This document shows, piece after piece, positions 41,643 through 54,052 of a DNA stretch of 64,000 nt. How positions within the stretch are numbered: the stretch's first letter is position 1; each line of letters starts with the position of its first letter. A program made the position numbers and the translations under genes. The notes beneath the pieces were generated by a model. That model was not told the origin of the DNA. It did not search any database and saw only the letters and a program-made list of their open reading frames with translations. This DNA comes from Octopus vulgaris (Eukaryota), in NCBI GenBank assembly GCA_951406725.2, contig OX597827.1:7564001-7628000 (forward strand), read 5' to 3'.

Positions 41643-41902
41643 TTAAGAATAATTATTCGGTATTGGCGGAAGTGGTTTTGATAAGAATGTATTGCCACCA
41701 GTTGATTTTGTTGATGGTTGCTTCTGAATTTGAGTTGTTTGTCTTGGGTTACTGCTAATACTACTACTATTGCTGTTACCAATTTTAAAAGACTTTAAGT
41801 CGACTGTGTTATTGTAGTTGGTCGGCTGATGAGGATTGCTTAAAAAGAAATTTCTGGAATCTGCATGATTTGAAGACCTTGTGTTGTGGTCATTTCTAAA
41901 AC
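41643..41902 (-). CDS. PCDH: Stop-containing coding exon of the same protocadherin-like tail
   Basis: Acceptor ttaatttatttatttcag|GT (exon starts 41902). The phase-1 join T|GT gives an open frame CFRNDHNTRSSNHADSRNFFLSNPHQPTNYNNTVDLKSFKIGNSNSSSISSNPRQTTQIQKQPSTKSTGGNTFLSKPLPPIPNNYS, then TAA at 41645-41643. This frame is absent from the ORF track and was found by hand translation. Confidence 0.75.
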
Positions 41903-42226
41903 CTGAAATAAATAAATTAATATGTGTGAATAGATAAATAAAATGATATAAAAAAAATAGAAGAGTAACAAAATTTTAAAAAGCAGCACGAAATATTTTT
42001 CTTGAATATTTAAAATTTTTTAAAGAAATCATATTTGAAGAATATATAAGACATAGCTGTGTGGTTAAAAAAGGTTGCTTTGCAACCATGTGGCTTTGGG
42101 TTCAGTCCCACAACCTGGTACCTTGGGTAGTAAGTGTCTTTTACTGTAGCTTTGGGCCAACCAATGCCTAGTGAATGAATTTGGTAGATGGAAACTCGTT
42201 GGAAGACCTTTGTGAATGTGTGTGTG

Positions 42227-42271
<45 letters not shown>

Positions 42272-42540
42272 ATGTGTGTGTTTGTGTGTATGCATGTGCG
42301 TGTGTGTGTGTGCATGTGTGTGTGTGTGTGTGTGTGTGTGCATGTGCGCATGTGTGTATGTGTGTGTGTGAGTATGTGAGTATGTGTGCATGTGCCTGTT
42401 TTTGTCCCCATTTCCACTGCTTGACAACCAGGGCTGTTTGTATCTCCATAATTTGACAGTCCATAAAGTTTAACAGGATAAGAACCAAACTTTAGAAATA
42501 AGTACTAAGAGCAATTTGTTCAACTAAGAAACCCTTCAAG

Positions 42541-42908
42541 GGTCAACTCTTCCAGAGGTAAAGGTGATGCCTTAGATAGAAATGATTACAGAGATATCAA
42601 ATTGTTGGATCAGGTGATGAAAGTTACAGAGAGGGTCATAGCCCAACAAATTAGGGAGAAAGTTAGTCTAGATGAGATGCAGTTTGGTTTTGTGCCAGAG
42701 AGAAGTACCACTGATGCTATTTTTCTGGTAAGGCAGCTGCAGAAGAAGTGTCTACCCAAAGACAAACCTCTGTACTTGGCTTTTGTTGACATGTAGAATG
42801 CCTTTGACAGGGTCCCTGATCCCTTAACTGGTGGTTAAATGCAGAAACTAGGGATACATGAGTGGTTGGTGAGAGCTGTACATATCATGCATGTATAGGG
42901 ATGTTGTC
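42541..42908 (+). mobile_element. RTE-clade LINE RT fragment
   Basis: GKGDALDRNDYRDIKLLDQVMKVTERVI...EMQFGFVPERSTTDAIFLVRQLQ...LYLAFVDM*NAFDRVP. Confidence 0.85.
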
Positions 42909-43004
42909 CCTACTTACCACACAGCCACTACCTATGCGTATATATATATATATATATACTAGAGAGAGAAAGAGAGAAATAGTGTGTGTGTGTATATATG
43001 TATG

Positions 43005-43056
<52 letters not shown>

Positions 43057-43064
43057 TGTATATA

Positions 43065-43111
<47 letters not shown>

Positions 43112-43611
43112 GTATGTATGTATATGTATATATTTCTAGTCTGTCTTCACAGTTCTGAAGTTGAACCACACCAGCACCTCTTCCAATTAAACAAAACATA
43201 TGTCTAACACCAGAAGAGTTGCATTGTCTACACAGACGAGTGTTATTCAACTTCAGTGTAGATAGGCCAACAAATACTACCTCAGCCATCACGTCTATAC
43301 ATCTGTCAATATTTAGAGTAAATTAAATGAACTATTATGAAAGAGCCAATTTTACCATCTAAAGACACACAAAACAGTTAAATTTACTTTTCATTTATCA
43401 GTTGAGATGTCAGATTTGAACAAATATTTCAATAAATAAATAAAAATTCAATTTGATATTTTTTCTGTGTGTTTTTAGATGAGAGGCTAAAATGACTCTT
43501 TCACCATGTAATTGTTTCAGTTTTTTCCATAGTCGTAGATTAAGTCACTTTCCAGACAAGCACAGTACCAGCATTAGAATTATAATAATTTTTATGTCTA
43601 TTTTCTGTATC

Positions 43612-44062
43612 AGGACAATTACCCCATTAGGACAATTATCCCACCAGGACAATTACCTCCTATAGGACAATTTCACCCAATGACAACTACCTCCTAGGAC
43701 AATTACCTATTTCTTTATTACCCACAAGGGGCTAAACACAGAGGGGACAAACAAGGACAGACATAGGTATTAAGTCGATTACATCGACCCCAGTGCGTAA
43801 CTGGTACTTAATTTATTGACCCCGAAAGGATGAAAAGCAAAGTCGACCTCGGCAGAATTTGAACTCACAACGTAATGCAGACGAAATACCGCTAAGCATT
43901 TCGCCCAGCGTGCTAACATTTCTGCCAGCTTGACAATTACCCCCTCTTGGTTAATTACCCTCTCTCCAATATATTAAGAAGTTTTAAATCATCATTTGTT
44001 GTCTTCTGAGCCAATTGTCATTGGTGAGGGTGATTATTGTCTATAGTGGGCAAATGTCCTAG
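43612..44062. mobile_element. MITE-like element with ggacaattaccc subterminal repeats, interrupted by a family B SINE (43707-43930, minus)
   Basis: About 6 copies of ggacaattac/cc on the left; inverted-like attgtc and atgtcct on the right. Confidence 0.55.
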
Positions 44063-45323
44063 ACTCCTATTTTCTCAGGTTTGCAAGTTTTGGATAGATG
44101 TTCTCCAACACTGGTTTGTCATTTATTGGATTTTTTAAAATCTCTTTTATGAAATTTAGCATCAGGAGATCAGCTTTCACCATTTCACTTCTGCCCATGT
44201 TTTCATCAATTTTCCTCTACCGGTTCCTTCCACATATATTTTTTGGCCATTTTATACCCTCTATCATTATTAATACAAGTTTATATTTAGTATAACTGAC
44301 ATAAATAAATTAAAACCATTTCTCTTTACAGCTTTCTACTTCTTCAAATACCCCCAAACAAATACGAAAAGCTACATGAATCAACATAATTTGGTTGATG
44401 CTGGATTAAGCTTATAATCTGGAGAAATGTTTTTACAGCTATGTCTGTAGAAAGTAGCATTCAATAATAAAAGAAATTTGAAAACTACATTTTGATAAAA
44501 ATATACTATAATCAGAATTTTTAAGAATTTTCTAGACAGAGGAGACATAAATAATTGCTTTGTTTTAGTAAAATTAATGAACTAATTGATAAGCAGCTTT
44601 CATTTTAGTATACATGTATTATATATCTGTACCTATGCAACCATTTCTCAGACAAACTACAGCTGATAGAATATTTTTCTCTCTACTAATTTGTGCCATG
44701 TTGCTCAAGCAGACTAACTTTATAACTCTAGTTGCCCATGTTTACATCATTTTTTTTTCAACTTTCATTCATCCACTGTGCTTATATCTCTCACCACCAT
44801 GTAGTATTAGTGTTTGTATGGAATGATAAATACATGAAATATTTTATACAAAGAATCATTTAATACTCTCATTATGATTTCCATCACATGCTTTTTAGGA
44901 AACCTACTCCACTACAGCAAGACTGCTATGCCTAACAGTGGATTTTACTTGGTCACTTGACCTTCAATAGATAACAGCCAAATATCCCTCTTTTTATATC
45001 ATCTCTATCATCTTTAAAATGGTTATGCAAAAATATGGACTAGTGTCATGGTTGGTATGGTTTGAGCATTGGTCAATTCAATGAGGACATGCCAGGGGCT
45101 AAACAATGGCAATACCAAGAACAATAACATCACTTGATGATTTATTGTGAATGTTGATTGATATTGATTGAAAATTGCCAAATGTGAACAACTTTAATTA
45201 ATGTGGTAAAGTAAAAATAATTTTTTAATCTTTTGAAAATATAACCATAATAAGAACAAATGCTATAAATTAACGAGAATTACTCTAAGAACACACAAGG
45301 GAAAGAACTCTTGAAATTTTAGA

Positions 45324-45524
45324 TACTCTTTTACTTGTTTCAATCATTTGACTGCGGCCATGCTGGAGCACCACCTTTAGTCGAGCAAATCGACCCCGGG
45401 ACTTATTCTTTGTAAGCCCAGTACTTATTCTATCGGTCTCTTTTGCCGCACCGCTAGGTGATGGGGACGTAAACACACCAGCATTGGTTGTCAAGCAATG
45501 CTAGGGGGACAAACACACACACAT

Positions 45525-45575
<51 letters not shown>

Positions 45576-45741
45576 TACAACAGGCTTCTTTCAGTTTCCG
45601 TCTACCAAATCCACTCACAAGGCATTAGTCGGCCCGGGGCTATAGCAGAAGACACTTGCCCAAGATGCCATGCAGTGGGACTGAACCCAGAACCATGTGG
45701 TTGGTTAGCAAGCTACATACCACACAGCCACTCCTGTGCCT
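45324..45741 (-). mobile_element. SINE family A
   Basis: Full copy. Confidence 0.9.
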
Positions 45742-46309
45742 AAAAGTTGAACTAAAATTGACTGGAGAAATGCTGATTAAGAGGAGAAAGTCTGATCACT
45801 CATTGCTATGACAACAACTCCAAATATATTTTGGTTTTATCAAACCTTCTCAGTAAAAAAACCACTGAACAAAAAGAGGATTTAGTTTTTAGATTGAAAA
45901 CGATTCACTGATTTAGTGAGTTTAAATAATGACATAAATAATTTTTCTATGTGTACATATTGCATGGAAAACATATAGTTAAGTGCAGTTTGCAATACTT
46001 AATGTGGTGAGCTACAAATTAGTTCCAATTAATTAAAGCTGTATTGGAAAGAAAAGTCATTAATATTAATGAAAATTATTGCTTAAAAGAAGGGAGAAAC
46101 TGCAGGAATTTTAATTGATCGAAAATTGGTCAGCAGGTGGTAGAAGTCTGATGAAAATGTGACCAGAGTTATTATGATAGTTACCACAAAACATATTCAT
46201 CGATCAGTGTAAACTAAATTATTTTCTCATATATAAACTGATTTTTGCAATGGTGTATAGTAATATTCTTGCATAAAAGCAGAAACTTTGTTTACTGATC
46301 CATCAATTT

Positions 46310-46623
46310 ATATATTTGCCTGTTTGTTTGCCTGTCTGCCTGCCTGTCTGCTTGCCTGTCTGTCTGTTTCTCTGTCTGTCAGTCTATCTATGTATCTGTC
46401 TATGTATGTATGTATGTATCTATCTATCTATCTACCTGTCCGTCTGTCACTGTATCTGTCCATCTGTCACTGTATCTGTCTGTCTGTCTGCTTGTCTCTC
46501 TCTCTCTCCCTCTTTCTCTCTATCTACCTATCTATCTGTTTGTCTGTCTGTCACTGTCTGTCTATCTATCCATCCATCCATCCACCCATCTATCAATCGG
46601 TCCATCTGTCTGTCTGTCTGTCA

Positions 46624-46683
<60 letters not shown>

Positions 46684-46725
46684 CTATCTATCTCTCTCTA
46701 TCTATCTCTCTATCTATCCAGCCAT
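46310..46725. repeat. (TCTG)/(TCTA)n compound microsatellite
   Basis: Direct reading. Confidence 0.95.
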
Positions 46726-47108
46726 AGCTAGATAGATAGATAAGCATTTCTCTCTCTTTCTCTGTATGTGTATGTGAGCATATATGTGTGTGTGTGTGTG
46801 TGTGTCCGTCTGTCCATGTGAATATGTGTATGCATGTATGTTTGTATGTGTGTGTATGTGAGTCTATGTGTATGTGTGTGTACATATATTCATACATACA
46901 TACACACACACATACATACGTAAATATATTATAGAAGCATTTCCATTATTAGCCATTCTTCATTCATCAATATTGTTCTCTATACTCAGATGTTGCATTG
47001 GTCATCTCATCTCCTCTTTCATATCCCCAATGGACCTCCACACTATCTCCCTCATGCACTATACCTGCTTCTTTCTGTCTCTCTCCCATTCCTGCACCTT
47101 ACACAAAC

Positions 47109-47148
<40 letters not shown>

Positions 47149-47909
47149 TGTCCTCTCCCTGTCAGCCATATCATCATTACTATCTGTTACTAGCATCTCT
47201 GCACCTTCTCCAACCCGTGCTCCATGCTCCACTGGCCATCTTCCACCCTATTCCATCCATCACCTATTTTTATCCATCACCTCTTCCATCCATCACCTCT
47301 TCCATCCATCACCCCTTCCATTTACTCATCAGCCCTGCCCATTCTTTACAGATGTCACCTACACCCCATTTCTCTTATCTCTAACCCCCTCCACCATACA
47401 CTCTTGAAAGCCCCTTCCTACATACATTCCAAGCTTCTCTGTCCCCACTCAATACCGCTCACCTGATACAGAGAGGTGCTACCTGGACATGTAACCATCA
47501 CAATTTATCGTTTTGAAGAAACTACTTAGTTCATTGTCACTTTCCCCTAAATGTGAGGAGCCATGTGGCCCCTTACTCTACCCCAATTCTTTCTCCCAAA
47601 CCCTAACACCCACCGAGTATAAAGACTTTGCTTTTGCAGACTAGCAACCTGAATGGTAGCCTCACTGATGCCAGTGGCATGAAAAAAAGGTACCAAGTAC
47701 ACACTGTAAAGTGGTTGACATTAGGAAGGGCATCCAGCAGTAGAAACCCTGCCAAAGCAGTACCGAGAGCACAATGCAGTCCTTGAACCTATTAAATTCA
47801 TTAGATAGAGTTGAATTCATCTCAGCATGGAACATGGATGTCAGATGATGAAGTTGATGATGGTGACGACAATGATGATGATGACACATACATATACATA
47901 CATGTATGT

Positions 47910-47950
47910 ATAGATAGATAGGTAGATAGATAGATAGATAGATAGATAGG

Positions 47951-47994
<44 letters not shown>

Positions 47995-48130
47995 GAAATA
48001 GATAGATAGATAGATAGATAGGTAGGTAGATAAATAGATAGATAGATAGGTATATCGATAGATCGATAGATAGATAAATAGACAGACAGATAGATAGATA
48101 GATTGATAGATCAATAGATTGATCGATTGA

Positions 48131-48166
<36 letters not shown>

Positions 48167-48195
48167 CAGATAGATAGATATATAGATAGATAGAC

Positions 48196-48247
<52 letters not shown>

Positions 48248-48263
48248 TAATAGATAGATAGAT
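47910..48263. repeat. (GATA)n microsatellite
   Basis: Direct reading. Confidence 0.95.
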
Positions 48264-48944
48264 ACACATAACATGCACATGCATATATATATAGGTGTTC
48301 ATGTGTGTATTATGAATGTATGTATGTATGTTTGTTTGTATATGTGCATGAATGTATGTATTGCATGGATAAATGCATAAAACTTAAGTACACAGAAAAG
48401 CAACACAACAAGCCATCAGCTTTTAAAGAATAAGCAAACACTACACCATCTATTGAGTACTCTTACTCATTTTCATGCATGTATGCACACACATACACAC
48501 ACACACACACACATACATATTCATATACACACATATGTATGCATGTGTAAAGTGGGTCTTCACACACATGATGCAACAAGCAAAGAAGTTTTAATTAACG
48601 AAGATTAAATAAATTAGGAATTGATATGAATATTTAATGGTACTTTAGTCATTAGCTGGATGTAATCCCAATGATGAATTTAAATGTTGCATAAGTAGGA
48701 CCCAATAAAATAAATACTGGACAAAATACCAGGGCCAAAACTATTGACTTAATTCATAGAAGGGGGTACCCCAGCATGTTTGCAGTCCAATGACTGGAAA
48801 CAGTGAAAGACATGAAGAATACTGATATTTTGTTGCTTACAATGATAGGGGGGGGGGTCCAGTTGATCCAATCAACAGAACACCCTGCTTGTGAAATTAG
48901 CATGCAAGAGGCTGAGTACTCCTAAGACATGTATGTACCCTTAA

Positions 48945-49390
48945 CCCTTTCGTTACCGTATTTATTTTGAGATGCTCTGTGTTTCTTTCAATTATTTTAA
49001 ATATAACAAAGAATTTAGTAAAATAACTTAGCTATCATTAAGCTAGTATTAGGAATATAAATTGCAACTAAGGTTTGGTGGTATATTTTGATGCAAAACT
49101 TATGAAAACAAGACATTTGTACTACAGAGCCAAAGGAGGTTTTGGCCGGGTTAGTAACGAAAGGGTTAAGCCTTTCATTAACAACCCGGCTGAAACCGAC
49201 TCTGGCTCTGAGTACAAATGTCTTGTTTTCATAAGTTTTGAATTAAAATCTTCCACCAAACCTTAGTCACAATTTATGTTCCTAACACTAGCTTAATGAT
49301 AACTAAGTTATTTTACTAAATTCTTTGTTATATTTAATAGTAATTGAAAGAAACACAGAGCATCTCAAAATAAATACAGTAACGAAAGGG
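48945..49390. mobile_element. Inverted dimer of a 221-bp piggyBac-type MITE
   Basis: TTAA(48941) - ccctttcgttac...gtaacgaaaggg(49165) - TTAA - (49170) inverted copy ...gtaacgaaaggg(49390) - TTAA. It sits at the TTAA of a degenerate minus-strand copy of the family C body seen intact near 63830-63850. Confidence 0.9.
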
Positions 49391-49623
49391 TTAATGTAGT
49401 TCTCAGGGAGGTTCAGTACGATACAGAATGTGACAAGGCTGGCTCTTTGAAATACAGGTACTACTCATTTTTGTCAGCTGAGTTGACTGGAGCAATGTGA
49501 AATAAAGTGTCTTGCTCAAGGACACAATTCATCACTGGGTAACAACCTCATGACCTGATGGTCATACAGCAAATAACAAACAATCAAAGTTCCGTTTTGC
49601 TATAAGAGAATGTAACTAAACCA

Positions 49624-49852
49624 TACTCTTTATTCTTTTACTCTTTTACTTGTTTCAGTCATTTGACTGCGGCCATGCTGGAGCACCGCCTTTAATCGAG
49701 CAAATCGACCCCGGGATTTATTCTTTTTGTAAGCCCAGTACTTATTCTATTGGTCTCTTTTGCCGAACCGCTAAGTAACGGGGACATAAACACACCAGCA
49801 TCGGTTGTCAAGCAATGCTAGGGGGACAAACACACTCACACAAACACACACA

Positions 49853-49890
<38 letters not shown>

Positions 49891-50055
49891 TACGACAGGC
49901 TTCTTTCAGTTTCCGTCTACCAAATCCACTCACAAGGCTTTGGTCGGCCCGAGGCTATAGTAGAAGACACTTGCCCTAGGTGCCACGCAGTGGGACTGAA
50001 CCCGGAACCATGTGGTTGGTTAGCAAGCTACTTACCACACAGCCACTCCTGTGCC
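49624..50055 (-). mobile_element. SINE family A
   Basis: Full copy. Confidence 0.9.
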
Positions 50056-50154
50056 ATGTGTCTCTAGTTTTTGTAATTGCTGTGTATCATCATAAAGACA
50101 TCTCAACCGTGATTATTGAGTCACTTTAGAAGTATCAGAAATCTCCCTATCTAC

Positions 50155-50755
50155 TCTTTTTTTTTTACTCTTTTTACTTGTTTCAGTCATTTGACTGTGG
50201 CCATGCTGGAGCACCGCCTTTAGTCGAGCAAATCGACCCCAGGACTTATTCTTTGTAAGCCTAGTACTTATTCTATCAGTCTCTTTTGTTGAACTATTAA
50301 GTTACGGGATCGTTAACACACCAGTATCAAGCAATATTGAGGGGACAACCATAGACACACAAACACACATACATATATATACGATGGGCTTCTTTCAGTT
50401 TCTGTCTACCAAATCCACTCACAAGGCTTTGGTTGGCCCAAGGCTATAGTAGAAGACACTTGCCCAAGGTGTCACAGAGTGGGACTGAACCCGGAACCAT
50501 GTGGTTGGTAAGCAAGCTACATATTTGTTTATTGCCTACAAGGGGCTAAACATAGAGGTGACAAACAAAGACAGACAAAGGGATTAAGTCGATTACATCG
50601 ACCCTAGTTTTGTAACTGGTACTTAATTTATCGACCCCGAAAGGATGAAAGGCAAAGTCAACCTCGGTGGAATTTGAACTCAGAACATAACAGCAGACGA
50701 AATACTGCTAAGCATTTCGCCCGGTGTGCTAACGATTCTGCCAGCTTGCCGCCTT
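50155..50755 (-). mobile_element. SINE family A (50155-50520) with a family B SINE (50522-50755) inserted in its head
   Basis: Family A ...agcaagctac is interrupted by family B and resumes as taccacac near 50758. Confidence 0.8.
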
Positions 50756-51016
50756 ACTACCACACAATGCCATCTTTATTGTTTTAGTGTCCATGTTTGC
50801 AGGTGTTGAATGGAGCTTATTGAAGCAGATATTCCACTGCCAGATGCCCTTCCTGTCACCAACACTTACCTATTCCTAAGAAAGATAACATTTTTCCATG
50901 CTCATACATGCTTACACAGAATATTGGAAATGAATGACATTGCTTATATGACAGTGACACTCATTTACAACTATCATGCAATATCAAGGCAATGAGATAC
51001 AAGCATGCACACACAC

Positions 51017-51171
51017 GAGTGGCTGTGTGGTAAGTAGCTTGCTAACCAACCACATGGTTCCGGGTTCAGTCCCACTGCGTGGCATCTTGGGCAAGTGTCT
51101 TCTGCTATAGCCCAGGGCCGACCAATGCCTTGTGAGTGGATTTGGTAGACAGAAACTGAAAGAAGCCTGTC

Positions 51172-51229
<58 letters not shown>

Positions 51230-51435
51230 TTGTGTGTCTGTGTTTGTCCCCCTAGCATTGCTTGGGGTGTTTTACATCCCTGTAACTTAGTGGTTCGGCA
51301 AAAGAGACCGATAGAATAAGTACTGGGCTTACAAAGAATAAGTCCCGGGGTTGATTTGCTCGACTAAAGGCGGTGCTCCAGCATGGCCGCAGTCAAATGA
51401 CTGAAACAAGTAAAAGAGTAAAAGAGTAAAGAGTA
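51017..51435 (+). mobile_element. SINE family A
   Basis: Near full copy about 550 bp from the donor of the 151-nt exon. Confidence 0.9.
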
Positions 51436-51987
51436 TATATATAAACACTCATACACACACACACACGCACCACACACATACACACATGTACATATATGAA
51501 TATTACTGTTAATAATTTACAATGATTTCAGTTTTGACTGCTATCTTTAGCATGCTGATGCTACAAGTAGTACCCTTCATTATTAATACATACACACACA
51601 CACACTCACACACACACACATACACCCCCCCCCACACACACACGTATATATGTTAAATGTGTATGACAAACTTCTTTCACTTTCAATCTTCTAAATAGAC
51701 ACAGAAAGCTTTAGTTGGCCCAGGTCTACAATAGAAGATACTTGGCCAAAGTGCCACACACTGGGACTGAACCTGAAACCATGTGTTTGTGAAGCAAAAT
51801 TCTCATCCGCATAGTCACATGCGTGCTTGTATATGGTGGTAAAACATTAAAGCAAATTTGACTGCCATTTCTAGCAAATCTATTTAGTATGACTGTATAG
51901 ATAAAGACCACCACATTCACTTGCATTTGTAATTTTTTAATCATGCAGAACAATTAAATACATGACAGAAATAACATTTCCACATAC

Positions 51988-52138
51988 ATGGTAGTTCTTC
52001 ATAATATCCAGTATCTGCTTCACTGCCCCCATGTCCACTGTCTGTGAAAGAAGACATCGTTGACATTTCAGAGAAATGATCAGTTGCTGTAGCTAAATGT
52101 CCTTTTTTATTGTCTTTTCCATGACTTATTTCCGTCAC
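51988..52138 (-). CDS. PCDH: Internal coding exon of a protocadherin-like cytoplasmic tail (candidate constant exon)
   Basis: Acceptor ttttttctcccggtttcag|GTG (exon starts 52138); donor CCAT|gtatgt (intron starts 51987). 151 nt, phase 0 in, phase 1 out. Encodes [58 protein letters not shown] resembles the delta-protocadherin CM1 motif (DSGHGDS[ED]). Confidence 0.8.
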
Positions 52139-52245
52139 CTGAAACCGGGAGAAAAAATTGAGAAAACCAAATAACATCAAGAAATGTGTTTTTATGCAAA
52201 ATGTACAACAATGAAGTGCAATTTTTATTTTGTTTATTCATATAT

Positions 52246-52304
<59 letters not shown>

Positions 52305-52357
52305 GTATATATATATGTATATATATATATGTATATATATGTATATATATATATATA

Positions 52358-52391
52358 TAGCGGACGTTAAAAGATGATGATGATGATGATG

Positions 52392-52432
<41 letters not shown>

Positions 52433-52483
52433 AATATATGTGCGCTAGCATGGAAAGCGGACGTTAAAAGATGATGATGATGA

Positions 52484-52524
<41 letters not shown>

Positions 52525-52582
52525 CATATATATATATAAATATATGTGCGCTAGCATGGAAAGCGGACGTTAAACAATGATA
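52358..52582 (+). repeat. Triplicated RTE-type tail interleaved with (TA)n
   Basis: gcggacgttaaa...(tga)n occurs three times, twice preceded by gctagcatggaaa. Confidence 0.8.
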
Positions 52583-52590
52583 TATATATG

Positions 52591-52627
<37 letters not shown>

Positions 52628-53100
52628 GTATATTCTTTTTTTTTGTGTATTACCATCATGAGCACTTTTACTTGGAGGTTAACATTTGTCATTGATATAA
52701 ACAAGCACTTTATAAATAAATACTCTGTTATAATGTACGAATAAATAAATATATGGGGTTTTCATTTCTATAAGGGTTTAGTTTTGCTGTGAAATTAGAG
52801 GCATAAAAGCCTTTTTGGCATCTTGAAAATTCATCTTCTTTCATATGCATGTATACACATATACATACGTGTGTGTGTGTGTGTGTGTATGTGTGTGCGA
52901 GTCAGTGTGTGTGTTTGTGTGTGTGTGTATACACGTGCATATATATACACATACACACTTATATACATATATATATATACACACACACACATTTATATAC
53001 ATATATATATTTATGGGTATGTGTATTTGTTATATTATCATTATATATTTTATGTATTTAAATGTTTGTGTGTGGATACATACATACATACATACATACA

Positions 53101-53136
<36 letters not shown>

Positions 53137-53639
53137 TATATATATGAATATATTATTATATAGATATAATTATAATTAAGAGTACTGAGAAACAGCACCT
53201 ACATGCTAGAAATAGATGTCAAAAGATTCAAAATAGCAACTTCATATTACACTCCATTAGCACAAGGCTGAAAGTAGGCAAATAAATATAATTGATTTAG
53301 TAAAATTTTGAGGTTAATTCCAGATTGTCCACTTTCTTGTTTAGTAATACAAATTACTTTACTGTCATCAGTAGAATATACTAAAAGTACATAAATATAA
53401 ATATATATACATACTCATGCAAATACATTCATATATACACAAATATAAACATATATCTACACTTATATATTAGGCAAATCCAATTATTCATCTCAACCAC
53501 GTGCATATTTGATCAAGATAATACTGCAGTAAATATCTGGACCAGAATGAAATTGTATTTGCGTTGTATATAAGTTTAGATATATGTATATATTTCTATA
53601 TATATGAATGTGTTTGTATGGGAATGTATGTATATATTA

Positions 53640-54052
53640 CTCTTTTTCTCTTTTACTCTTTTACTTGTTTCAGTCATTTGACTGTGGCCATGCTGGAGCA
53701 CCGCCTTTAATCGAGCAACTCGACCCTGGGACTTATTCTTTTGTAAGCCCAGTACTTATTCTACCGGTCTCATTTGCTGAACCGCTAAGTTACGGGGACA
53801 TAAACACACCAGCATCGGTTGTCAAGCAATGCTAGGGGGACAAACACAGACACACAAACACACACGCGCATATATATATATACATATATACGACGGGCTT
53901 CTTTCAGTTTCCGTCTACTAAATCCACTCACAAGGCTTTGGTCGGCCCGAGGGTATAGTAGATGACACTCGCCCAAGGTGCCACGCAGTGGGACTGAACC
54001 CAGAACCATGTGATTGGTAAACAAGCTACTTACCACACAGCCACTCCTACGC
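53640..54052 (-). mobile_element. SINE family A
   Basis: Full copy. Confidence 0.9.

Noticed and set aside
41585-41782. Supplied 65-aa ORF MVTAIVVVLAV... with a signal-peptide-like start
   Set aside because: Alternative frame overlapping the inferred exon; non-ATG start, and the splice phase supports the KPLPPIP frame.
44080-44290. 65-aa hydrophobic plus-strand ORF
   Set aside because: Looks like the antisense of a decayed RTE LINE C-terminal region.
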